Shown one piece after another: positions 1 through 9,520 of a stretch of DNA of 24,954 nt. Each line of letters opens with the position of its first letter. Within the stretch, counting starts at the first letter, position 1. The DNA is taken from NCBI RefSeq assembly GCF_006345805.1, contig NW_021836251.1, positions 1-24,954 of the forward strand, read 5' to 3'. This stretch comes from Octopus sinensis (taxonomy: Eukaryota). Below the pieces are notes generated by a model. It was not told the origin of the DNA and did no database searches. It saw nothing but the letters and a program-made list of their open reading frames with translations. A program made the translations under genes and the position numbers.

Positions 1-325
1 TATATCCTATCCAAGCTTGATTTACCGCGTCGCCACCACAACCTCGTTTAGGCTTAGCAGCCCTTCCTGTTTGTGTTAGCAATTTTGAACCTCCGCAAAA
101 TACCAAATTTTCTTTAATTTGCTTTGCGAGAGCAACTGTTTTATCGAAAGCGTATCGTGTTGTAAAATGCTCGAAATACGGGAGTAGAAAAACAGCCAAC
201 AACTGTCAAAGTCTTATTCTTTGTGTTGTTTGTCTTATTTTCGTTGTTCGAAAAAATAGTTCATATTCCTTGTACTCGTACTTCGTATTCTTTGTTGTTC
301 ACATTTCGTGACGTCCTGTGCCCTC

Positions 326-326
<1 letters not shown>
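1..326 (+). mobile_element. Unclassified interspersed repeat fragment ending in a (TA)n tract
   Basis: Non-repetitive, CpG-containing block ending abruptly at (TA)n (...gacgtcctgtgccctca|tatgtata). Same end architecture as the other (TA)n-anchored elements in the window. Single copy here; family recognition is from memory only. Confidence 0.35.
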
Positions 327-361
<35 letters not shown>

Positions 362-530
362 GTATAGATATAAGTATGTACATATATGTATGTATATATG
401 CATATATATATATATTAATTATATTATATATATATATATATACACATATATATATACCCATATATACATGCATACATATGTGTGTATATGTACTTATGCA
501 TGAATGTGTGTGTATGTATGTATATCTATG
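327..530. repeat. Compound (TA)n/(TG)n/(TATG)n microsatellite
   Basis: Read directly from the sequence. Confidence 0.95.
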
Positions 531-534
531 TGTG

Positions 535-735
535 TGTCTTTATGTTTGTTTCCCACCACCGCCTGGCAACTGGTATTGGCTTGCTTACGTTCCCGTAACT
601 TCGCAGTTCGTCAAAAGAGACATAGAATGAGTAACACGCTTTACTAGATAAGTACTGGGGTCCGCTAACCTTTTAGGGCAGTGATCCAGCATGGCCGTAG
701 CCCGATTACTGAAACAAGTAAAAAGCAAATAAAAT
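535..735 (+). mobile_element. tRNA-derived SINE (family A), 3' half, diverged
   Basis: Aligns by eye with the 3' half of the copies at 901-1342 and 10035-10440 (…ccgtaact…aaaagagac…atagaat…ccagcatggcc…ctgaaacaagtaaaa). Confidence 0.8.
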
Positions 736-900
736 ATCATATGTAATAAATCAAATATATATATGTGTGTGCGTATGTCCCATAAGGAACATACGCACAC
801 ACACACACACACACATACACACACACTCACGCACACACACATGAACTCTATTGTATATATATATATGTATATATTGTGGATACACACACACACTCTAATT

Positions 901-1342
901 GAGGCGGGGCTACGTGGTAAGAAGCTTGCTTCCCAACTACATGGTTTAGGGCTGTTTTCTACTATAGCCGTGGGCTGACCAAAGCCTTGTGAGTGGATTT
1001 GGTAGACAGAAACTGAAATAATCCTGTCGTATATGTGTGTGTGTGCGTGTGTGTGTATGTGGATGTGCATGTACTCATGAGTGTGTGTGCGTGTGTGTGT
1101 AAGTATTCATGTATGTGCGCGTGTGTGTTTGTCCTCTCTTCCACCCCACGCCATAGCTTGACAACAGATGCTGGTGTGTTTATATCCCTGTAACTTAGCG
1201 GTTCGACAAAAGAGCCCGATTTAATAAGTATCAGGCTTTAAAAAATAAGTCCCGGGGTTGAGTTATTCGACTAAAATTCACTTTAAGACGGCACTGCAGC
1301 ATGACCGCAGTGAAATGACTGAAACAAATAAAAGAATAAAAG
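901..1342 (+). mobile_element. tRNA-derived CORE-type SINE (family A), B-box region deleted
   Basis: Head gaggcggggctacgtggtaagaagcttgct, body ctactatagcc…aaagccttgtgagtggatttggtagac, central (TG)n, tail gcagcatgaccgcagtgaaatgactgaaac. Lacks the ggttcagtccc…cttgggcaag segment present in the 10035 copy. Confidence 0.85.
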
Positions 1343-2139
1343 AAAACAATATGTATATATACATATATATATATCAAAACAAAATAAAACAAAACCCTTC
1401 CAACGGATGATAACTTGATCCTCCACAACGAAGATTTGTTTCCTCTACCACCCAGCTGCCGACTTCCATGATAAGGAGCTGGAGAAAAACAATGCAAACT
1501 ATGTAAAGCAATAATTAAATAAATGAAAGAATAGATAAATAATTAAATAAATAAATAAATATGCAAATAAATAAACACTCGACAAGAAAAGTATATAAAT
1601 GTCAAGCTCTTCTAGAAAACAATGTTATATTCACTGGGCTTCGTCAAACTACGGATTGATGGCTGCGTCGTCGCCATTAAATATTGAAACAGGTTAATTG
1701 TTCTGAGGAAAGGCTGCGATTTCACAATGGAAAATGGAGAAGTACACGAGCGTATGCGTGCATCGTTCACAGAGACCAAAATACGATTACATTTATAGTA
1801 ATAATAGACACACGTATATATATATATATATATATGTATTCGCAGTGATAGGTAGACATACAGCACGAGGCACGCAGCTATGTTTGATTACATACAAATA
1901 TGTCTGTATATACCGAATTATGCTTGAATTTATGCATACATACATGCAGACATATACACAGACACTCACACATACTAGGCTAAATACGTGTATACTTGTA
2001 CACATAGAATAGCAAGTTCACAAATGCATACACGTGTATATATACACGTAATCATACCATTACCCAAACTCGTGTGCGTTTGTATATATATGTATATATC
2101 TATACACACACACATATATATATATATATATGCATGTTT

Positions 2140-2260
2140 ATGCATGTATGTACGTATGTATGTATGTATGTATGTATGTATGTATGTATGTATGTATGTG
2201 TGTATGTATGCATGTATGCATGTATGTATGTATAGGTAGATAGGTAGGTAGGTAGGTAGG

Positions 2261-2333
<73 letters not shown>
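2140..2333. repeat. Compound tetranucleotide array (ATGT)n-(AGGT)n-(AGAT)n
   Basis: Read directly from the sequence. Confidence 0.97.
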
Positions 2334-2335
<2 letters not shown>

Positions 2336-2905
2336 GCCACACACACACATACAGATACGCATATAGAAAATATAACTATAGAGTCATAGAAATATATAAC
2401 TACATCAACGGATACACACACACATACACATACACATACATAAATGCAAACGCAATATATACATGCATACATTAGGCACAAACTCATAAAATTTGAAACA
2501 CACACATACACAAACTCATATATACATGCATCTAGAAAAATAAAACGTAATATTAATCACCCCATACCCTACTCACTCACACAAGTACACATGCATACAC
2601 AAACATATATATATTCACTCAGACATATATATAGACTCAAACAACTACAATTGCAACCGCCATCAGCATGCACACATATGCAAAAATGAAATAGAACTTC
2701 GCAGACAGAAGCTCACAATACACACATAACCACACACTCCACAATCACACACACAGACATACACATATATATGCACAAACACAAGATAACGTACACACAG
2801 TCACACAGTTACATACACAAACTCTGTCACACATTATCGCGTAAGGACACAGACAGTCGCACAATCTCACAAATACAAGCATATACTTGCAGTCGCATAA
2901 ATAGA

Positions 2906-2928
2906 GACACACACGCGCGCGCGCGCGC

Positions 2929-2976
<48 letters not shown>

Positions 2977-2990
2977 ACAAACAAACATAC
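2906..2990. repeat. (CA)n with embedded (CG)n run; alternating purine-pyrimidine
   Basis: acacacgcgcgcgcgcgcgcttacacacac… read directly. Confidence 0.9.
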
Positions 2991-3002
2991 ATTCATACAC
3001 AC

Positions 3003-3601
3003 CCATAAAATTCAAAATGGGACAAGAACGCAAAACATCCGGACAGCTAGGTGATACTAAAAGGGACAACAAAACAATCCAGATAGACGATACAAACAAA
3101 ACAAGGACGGGTCATTCGAAGTTTTCTTTCCTCAGTCAAGCACCAGATTATTCCCGCAATTTCGGCTGATTATTCTTGATATTGCTCCAATCTGGCCAGC
3201 TCCAAGGAAAAACTAAGCTAAGAGCATTAGATTCCTTGGAAGAAACCAGCAAATGTATACAAAAACAAGGACGGAAAAAAGGACAATGTTACACAAATAT
3301 AAATACAATAAAAATAAAAACAGGACATAACAACAGGTGTCTTTCGACTAAGGACAATTGAATTAAGCTGGCACGTGTGGAAATGAAGCCTTGCGACAGA
3401 GATACAAATATTTCACAAACACAGGGAAGAATATCGATTTTGCACTAACAGCGGTCAGACCAAGAAAGAAAGAGCAGGCTTGGCCGAACGGCGGTCACGT
3501 GGGAAGAGAAGAGAGAGAAGTAGAAGCAGAGGAACAGAAGAATTAAGGAGGGTCGAGAAAAAATGACAGGAACACAATGAAGTGAAAAGTGGAGGGAAAG
3601 T
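3003..3601 (-). mobile_element. Unclassified interspersed repeat (family X), longest copy
   Basis: Shares gggacaagaacgcaaaacat…gtcattcgaag…gcaatttcggctga with 4392-4516 (opposite strand) and gtcattcgaag…ctccaa…ggccagc…aaggaaaaactaagc…attagatt with 14989-15233. Strand is assigned by assuming the microsatellite-abutting end is 3'. Confidence 0.7.
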
Positions 3602-3621
3602 GTATATATATATATTCATAG

Positions 3622-4075
3622 CATATTCCTAACAGTGAGGTACTAACAAAACGCAACATATCAGGTATTGAAACCATCCTCATCAAAATACAACTTAGAT
3701 GGTTCGATCATCTCTTACGTATGAGTAGCATCAGAATTCTGAAGTAACTTCTCTTTGGTCAATTCTCAACAGAGAAGGTCAGTTGGAAGGCCACTCTTGC
3801 GCTTCAAAGTAAAACTAAAAGGCAATCCGAAGCGATGCAGCATTCCTTTTTCTTCCAGGGAAAACAAAGTATCAGAACGCAAGACCTGGCGCCAGTCCTA
3901 CTTCTCCTCAGTTCAAAGATTTGAGCAAAGTCAACTCCAACGTCGGAACCAACTTTGAGCAAACATAAAGGCACGCTGGCAAAAAGCTGCTTCTCTAAAT
4001 GGAAACCTTACGTGTCATTGTGGCGTTGTAGCGCGAAGCAAAGCAGGTCTTGCCGTCCATTGAAGAAAACACATA
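3622..4075 (+). pseudogene. RTE-clade (BovB-like) non-LTR retrotransposon, 3' end of ORF, 5'-truncated and decayed
   Basis: Manual translation: HIPNSEVL…QLRWFDHLLRM…*LLFGQ (frameshift) RSVGRPLLRFK…W…TCHCGVVARSKAGLAVH*RKH. This matches the RTE post-RT C-terminus (LRWxGHVxRM, GxRxxGRP) and its terminal C2H2-type finger; stops and a frameshift are present. Confidence 0.9.
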
Positions 4076-4149
4076 GTAAATGATCCACAAGCACTCAAAC
4101 AAACGGGTTCCTCAACTTATTCCATTTTATTTTACTGGACCCTTATATA

Positions 4150-4377
4150 TATATAATATGATTTTAAACCTATCATCATTGATTAGAAAAAACCGTTAGT
4201 TGAAAGGACCAATGAAAAGAGACCAATTCCAAATGTATATCTGCCAATGTAAACTGTATGTTTTATACATACAAACTTTATTTTGTTCCATTCACAATCT
4301 TGACTGTACGACGAACGGAAACGTGAAACTCTGAGTAGCAGTTTTTATGATATTCTTTGCAGCTTTAATAATAAATT
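4150..4377 (+). mobile_element. Penelope-like terminal-repeat fragment (family B) with variant HHR
   Basis: 4304-4375 aligns with the minus-strand element at 13313-13382 (ctgt-[a/c]cga[c/t]ga-acg-gnra-cg…ctc-n-gagta-rcag…gctttaa). Ends at a short (TA)n. Confidence 0.6.
4304..4341 (+). ncRNA. Variant minimal type I hammerhead motif (C3>A, U4>C)
   Basis: CTGT|ACGACGA|ACG-GAAA-CGT|GAAA|CTC-T-GAG-T-A|GCAG: stem I 4 bp (one G-U), stem II 3 bp with GNRA loop, near-palindromic stem III, GUA triplet. Confidence 0.55.
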
Positions 4378-4391
4378 GTATATATATATAT

Positions 4392-4516
4392 CAGCCGAAA
4401 TTGCGAGTATGATCCGGTTCTTGACTGAAGATTGAAGGCTTCGAATGCCCCGTCCGTGTTTTTTGTATCGTCTTCTAAATGTTTTGCGTTCTTGTCCCAG
4501 TTTGTATTTTCTTACA
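4392..4516 (+). mobile_element. Family X repeat, 3' fragment
   Basis: Reverse complement aligns with 3005-3170; ends directly in (TA)n at 4517. Confidence 0.75.
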
Positions 4517-4517
4517 T

Positions 4518-4603
<86 letters not shown>

Positions 4604-4717
4604 TATATATATACATGTATATACATATATACATATACATACATATATACATGTACATACATATATATATGTGTGTGTGTATGCATGTATGCATGTATAT
4701 ATATATATATATATATA
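4517..4717. repeat. (TA)n/(TACA)n microsatellite
   Basis: Read directly. Confidence 0.97.
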
Positions 4718-5553
4718 AATGATAGGAGGCGTTCTCGTTAGGGTGACTGATACTAACATGTATGCGTTGTATGTGCTCAAATTGTCGTTCCATTAAAATT
4801 CCAGTTTTAAAAAGCAGTTGAAGTTGTTATATGTGACTGTCTTGCTCAAAACGGCTAGCAGTGGCTTCCCCTTGAGTTAGTACGTATAGGTTAAAGTAGT
4901 GAGGAAATATAAGTAATTAGGCAAGACTTGACAAGAACATTCAATTTAATTTGATTTAATTTGATTTAATTTAGCTACATAGCGAATGATAAAAAATAAT
5001 CTCTAACACCTGTTTCTGGGATATCTCGGGCATTGCAACATCGTGTCGGGCGAAGACTCCATAAGTTGGGTATACCGTCATCGGAGAGATATACGTTAAA
5101 TAGTGGTAGAAAGTTACTCATTAATGATAGTTGTTGTGGTTCATTATGTTGCGGTTCATTATGTCATTATGTCGAAGAACGAGGAGAGATTCAATTAAAT
5201 CCAGTTAGATCAGGTATTCCTTAGGTAAATCTATGACCAGAAAGAATGGTTAGATAGTACACGATGGTGAGAGAAAAAATGGTTAGATAGTACTTCGTAG
5301 TGAGGGAAAATGAACACTGGCAGTTCTAAAGTTGGACAAATACTGAGAGGAAGAATAAATAATACCATTATTATGAATCATGGCAACTACCATTGACGGA
5401 GAAACTTTATTCCACTATCTAACCTAATGTTTCTCAACCTCTTTACCCTTGCGTAACCCTTAACATAGGAAGCCGTGCACACAAAAAAAAATTATATACC
5501 ATATCTTTCTCATATTTTCTTCATTGTAATTAACGTGGTAAATATCATATATA

Positions 5554-6160
5554 CAGGGTGGCCCAAAAGTAGGTTTACAGTTATCACGTAGGAACTTTAA
5601 ATTTCTTTTAAAACATTTTATTACATTTGAATTTCTTATTTTTTTCTTTCTTTTCAGGATCCCTTTTGATCGGAATTCCACATTTCCCCCGCCCTTCTTC
5701 TTCCCAAAAAGAAAAGCTCTACCTTGTATTTTGTCCCTTCTGTGTTCAGCCCTGCGTGGCCAATAAAGAAATCTATCTTACAATCATATTGTTTATGCAC
5801 ATCTTAAACAGACAATGTTTAATCTCTCAGATGCTCAAAATGTCCTCCTTCAACATTGCGACATTCTTCAAACCTCTTCAGAGCACTCTGATACACAGAG
5901 CGGCACAAATTCTGATCTCCATAATTTCAGTGAATGCGTCAGAAATGTAATCTTTTAATTCATTTACTGTTTTAGGATTCTTTTCATAAACGTTGTTCTT
6001 TACAACACCCCCAAAAAAGAAATCCATTGATGTCAAGTCAGGTGAACGTGGTAGCCATTCGATGTTGCCCCGTCTTCCAAACCAACGCTGTGGAAAGGCT
6101 TGGTTAAGGTAGTCTGTTACTGTCAACGCATAACGTAGAAGTGCTCCATTTTGGTGAATA
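5554..6160 (-). mobile_element. Tc1/mariner DD41D (rosa/Visitor-type) transposon, 3' portion with one TIR
   Basis: TA|CAGGGTGGCCCAAAAGTAGGTTTACAGTT terminus at 5552-5582. Translation HQNGA…RWFGRRGNIEWLPRSPDLTSMDFFFGGVVK…GGHFEHLRD*. I count 41 residues between the QDGA-position residue (here N) and the final D. Confidence 0.88.
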
Positions 6161-6229
6161 ATAGTTTCATATTTGTTTTTATAATTAAGATCTAAACTGT
6201 TTATATATGAAAACGAAATAATTGAATAA

Positions 6230-6230
<1 letters not shown>

Positions 6231-6272
<42 letters not shown>

Positions 6273-6279
6273 GTATATG

Positions 6280-6339
<60 letters not shown>

Positions 6340-6340
6340 A
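6231..6340. repeat. (TA)n-(TG)n microsatellite inside the hAT MITE
   Basis: Read directly. Confidence 0.95.
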
Positions 6341-6719
6341 TATATTATGCCTTGTAATATTACGATAGTACAATAACCAATAATATCTTGTGCATGTATA
6401 GTAATACTACGATCAGGAAATAACATTAGTATATCTCACTCTATCTCGCAGAATCCCTAGGAACCTTTTGCAGAACCCTAGGGTTTCTAGGGAACCCCGG
6501 TTGAGAAACTCTGATTGAACCTATATCTCTCCGGTGATGGTATTCCCAGCTTAAGAAGTCTTCGCCCGACACCATATTTCAATAGCTGGGATATCAAAAG
6601 AAACAGCTGTTAAAGGTTATTATTTTTACCGTTCGTTCTAGAGCTAAATTAAATTAAATTAAATTAAATGTCCTTGTCAAGTCTTGCCAACTTCTTTGCC
6701 TTTCCTCACTACTTTAAGG

Positions 6720-6773
6720 TATGTATGCGTATGTGTGTATTTATGCATTTATCTATATACATACATATATATC

Positions 6774-6814
<41 letters not shown>

Positions 6815-7043
6815 TATATATATGTATGTATGTTGTATATGTATGTATGTATATGTCTATATATATACATACATATATATATATATATGTGAGCATGTGT
6901 ATGTGTATATATATATATATATACATGCTCACACACACATACGTAACATAGTCAGGTAGCCACAAAGACACGTTCACGCATACACACCCAATCACATAAA
7001 CACGCAAGGAAATCACATGCTTAGGCAAACACACTTCTATATA

Positions 7044-7120
<77 letters not shown>

Positions 7121-7160
7121 ATATATATATGTGTGTGTGTGTATGTATACACACACACAC
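6720..7160. repeat. Compound TA/TG/CA microsatellite block
   Basis: Read directly; short unique spacer at about 6945-7035. Confidence 0.9.
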
Positions 7161-7319
7161 ACACGCATACAATCACACAATCACCCACATGCATGTCATC
7201 AGCAACAAACAACATACGATGAAAATAGCAAAATGTTCTACGCGTATGCACACGTACCCACGTACGCACGCACGCACGCACACACACACACATACACACA
7301 CAACGTACAATAGACAATG

Positions 7320-7620
7320 AAACACAATCTCCACAACAACAACAAGAACAACAGCAATAGCGGTGACAACAACTACAACAACAAAAAACACACGCATGGC
7401 AAAAAATATACAATGAGCGTATCTGGTGGTTTCCTCACCTGTTAGAAAACAATAAGACCAGGGACAATGAAATACGGACTTACCTATTACAACTACTACT
7501 ACTACTACGACAACTACTACTACCACTACTACCACCACTACGACTACTACTGCCACTGTTGTTGCTGTTTTTGCCGCTGCTGCAATTTTTGTAGCTCTTT
7601 CTGCTGTTGTTAATTGCTGC
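7320..7620. repeat. Trinucleotide repeats (CAA)n, (CTA/CCA)n, (GCT/GTT)n
   Basis: Read directly. Confidence 0.85.
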
Positions 7621-7760
7621 AGGTAAATAAATCTGCCTTGCCAGGTTTCCCAGGGATTAATTAGTTCTTCAGGTAGATACTCTGCCTTGTTATTGGGATC
7701 TTCAAATCCTTGATAATAGTAGTAAGGGCGATGTCCCTTTCTGGTCTAACTACAGTCGAT
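7615..7760 (-). mobile_element. Possible Penelope-like terminal fragment with degenerate HHR core
   Basis: Minus strand CTGAAGA (7672-7666) …GAAAC (7649-7645), flanked by a duplicated CAAGGCAGA…TACCTG unit. Stems are imperfect and the U of the NUH triplet is missing. Confidence 0.3.
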
Positions 7761-7838
7761 TTCTTCCAGAAAGAGACACACATACACAAACACACACAAA
7801 CAAACACAAACAATGAGAGAAGTACTCCGCAGAACAGG

Positions 7839-7963
7839 ACTGGTACTTTATTTATCGACCCAGAAAAAATGAAAGGCAAGCTTGATTTTGGTAGGATTTG
7901 AACTCAGAATATAGAGAGCCGAAACGAGTACCACAAACCAATCTATCCAACACGCTAACGACT
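7839..7963 (-). mobile_element. tRNA-derived SINE (family C), 5'/central part
   Basis: Aligns with 9521-9727 (tttatcgaccc…atgaaaggcaa…atttgaactcagaa…gctaacga). Confidence 0.75.
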
Positions 7964-8060
7964 CGGGGTCGATAAATTAAGTACCAGTTGCGTACTGCGG
8001 TCGATCTAATCGACTGGTCCCTCCCCAAAAATTTCGGGCCTTGCGCCTAGAGTAGAAAAG
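7963..8060 (+). mobile_element. tRNA-derived SINE (family C), 3' part, opposite orientation
   Basis: tcggggtcgataaattaagtaccagt…cgactgg…aaatttcgggccttgcgcctagagtagaaaag is the reverse complement of the tail pattern at 9521-9600. Confidence 0.8.
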
Positions 8061-8069
8061 TGTAATATA

Positions 8070-8470
8070 CCTATATACACTAAACGTACATTAAAATATA
8101 CACACTATATACACTAAATATATATGATAGATATATACTCTATATACACTAATTATATGCTTACAATATAAACACTAAATATCTACTAGATATTTACCAA
8201 CCTTGGTGATTCCGAAGCGAGTTGTCTCGCCTGGTCGCTAGCATTTATATGTTCTTTAATACTCGATGACGTGTAGGGAGTTTTCTCCGGATGCTAACCT
8301 GCAGCAAATATAAACAAAACTCATACACTTTCCATGTGGGACCGAAAACATTTACATTTCTAGAGCTGCCTTTAATTCCTAGTATAATCTACTAAATATA
8401 TACGTTAAATATGCACTACACAGTATATGCACTAAACACACAATTGATATATACTAAATATATACATTAA
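8070..8470. repeat. Degenerate ~13-nt tandem array (ATATACACTAAAT-like) interrupted by a unique ~190-bp block
   Basis: Units such as tatacactaaa, aacactaaat, atctactaaat, tgcactaaac occur on both sides of about 8196-8385. Confidence 0.7.
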
Positions 8471-8474
8471 AAGT

Positions 8475-8724
8475 GGAGGCGTGTGGCTTAGTGGTTAGGG
8501 TGTCAGCATCATGATCGTAAGATTGTGGTTTCGATTCTTGGACCGAGCGACACGTTGTGTTCTTGAGCAAAACACCTCATTTCACGTTGCTCCAGTCCAC
8601 TCAGCTGGCAAAAATGAGTAACGCTGCGATGGACTGGCGTCCCATCCAGCTGGGGAACACATTCGCCATTGAAACCGGGAAACCGGGCCCATGAGCCTGG
8701 CTAGGCTTTAAAAAGGGTGCATTT
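8475..8724 (+). mobile_element. tRNA-derived SINE (family D), apparently full length
   Basis: A box TGGCTTAGTGG, B-box-like GGTTTCGATTC, central tgtgttcttgagcaaaacac (CORE-like) and tgcgatggactggcgtccc (resembles the V-SINE motif, from memory). Confidence 0.85.
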
Positions 8725-8725
8725 A

Positions 8726-8814
8726 TTGTATTCTTGAGCAAAACATTTCATTCCACGTTGCTCCAGTCCACTCAGCTGGCAAAAATGAGTGACGCTGAGA
8801 TGGACTGACGTCCC
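8726..8814 (+). mobile_element. Partial tandem duplicate of the family D SINE centre
   Basis: Near-identical to 8556-8644 (ttcttgagcaaaaca…ttgctccagtccactcagctggcaaaaatgagt…tggactg.cgtccc). Confidence 0.9.
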
Positions 8815-9229
8815 GAATTGAAGTTGTTTCACGGCAAAGAATTCATCAAGGTATCTTTTTACGTCATCCAAGGAATTGAAATTTTTACCATTAAGACTAT
8901 TCTGCAGAGACCTGAACAAGTGGAAATCCAAAGGAGCAATATCTGGTGAATATGAAGGGTGGGGTAACACATCCCAGCCGAGCTGCAGCAATTTTTGTCT
9001 GGTTCCCAAAGCATCAAGTGCCGAAAATGAACTTTCTTATCTTCCATTTTAAAGGGTTACAGATTTAACACAGGTTATAGGAACATAAACCTTCTTCCCT
9101 GAAAAGATAGCTTAAACTGTGCTCTAAATGGAGGTGTAGGCAAATCCTACTTTATGGACTCAACCATGTTCTAAAATAAGTCGAAAGGTAAGCTACAATA
9201 AATCGGCACGAACTCTCCGGACAACCCAA
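8815..9229 (-). mobile_element. Mariner (DD34D-type) element, internally deleted and 3'-truncated
   Basis: 5' TIR TA|TTGGGTTGTCCGGAGAGTTCGTGCCG at 9231-9204. ATG at 9047 gives MEDKKVHFRHLML, fused directly to GTRQKLLQLGWDVLPHPSYSPDIAPLDFHLFRSLQNSLNGKNF. Confidence 0.9.
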
Positions 9230-9520
9230 TAGAATCGAGGTGGTATCAGGTGGATTGGTATGAAATAGGTAAGGGTAAAACTGATGGGTAGCAGTTTCCT
9301 TGAAGAGATCAAAACTAGGCAAGATTCTTACTTGTATGTACCCAATAAAGGACGACTAAATAAAAGCATCAAGGAAAACTTCACGCCGGAGCGGACGAAT
9401 TTACCTGCGCTAGCATACCGAGAGATTGTTTGCCTGAAAAATTCATACCTCCATGCCAAAATGTCCGGTCTACACCAAAAGTCTTTGTGCCTTAGAGCAT
9501 GGGATTCACCCTGGTAGTAA

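Larger units (their letters stand above)
5425..6513. mobile_element. hAT (Charlie-type) MITE inserted in the right arm of the Kolobok-like element
   Basis: TIRs TAATGTTTCTCAACC (5425-5439) and GGTTGAGAAACTCTG (6499-6513). 8-bp flanks ATCTAACC / ATTGAACC (6/8). Removing it restores the host arm's continuity with the left arm. Confidence 0.8.
4895..6713. mobile_element. Non-autonomous long-TIR DNA transposon with TTAA target duplication and 5'-AG ends (Kolobok-like)
   Basis: TTAA|AGTAGTGAGGAAA at 4891 and TTTCCTCACTACT|TTAA at 6717. About 250-bp diverged inverted arms: 4895-~5146 versus 6713-6522 continuing at 5424-~5371. TTAA plus RR termini is the Kolobok signature (piggyBac begins CCC). Confidence 0.75.

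Noticed and set aside
134-195. Possible HHR in the 1-326 element (CTGTTTT…GCTCGAAATACGGGAGTAGAAAAACAG)
   Set aside because: Outer stem pairs, but there is no CUGANGA and no A15.1-U16.1 geometry; at best a remote derivative.
1617-1692. Plus-strand exon TTCTAG|…ACAG|GTTAAT
   Set aside because: Weak splice sites, unrecognised peptide.
4423-4455. CTGAAGA…TTCGAATG in family X (and CTGAGGA at about 3130, minus strand) as an HHR
   Set aside because: No GAAA and no stem I pairing.
4751-4881. Plus-strand exon after a perfect TACTAAC branch point (4805-4875)
   Set aside because: Poor polypyrimidine tract, moderate donor, unrecognised peptide, and no compatible neighbouring exon.
8070-8470. CRISPR-like or other prokaryotic repeat-spacer array
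   Set aside because: Units are degenerate, contiguous and lack unique spacers; the context is clearly eukaryotic.
9405-9433. 29-nt minus-strand micro-exon (TTTTTCAG|…CAG|GTAAAT), and a 34-nt one ending at GCG|GTGAGT near 9875
   Set aside because: Short pyrimidine tracts, no recognisable peptide, and the second may lie within a hAT remnant; expected by chance in 25 kb.
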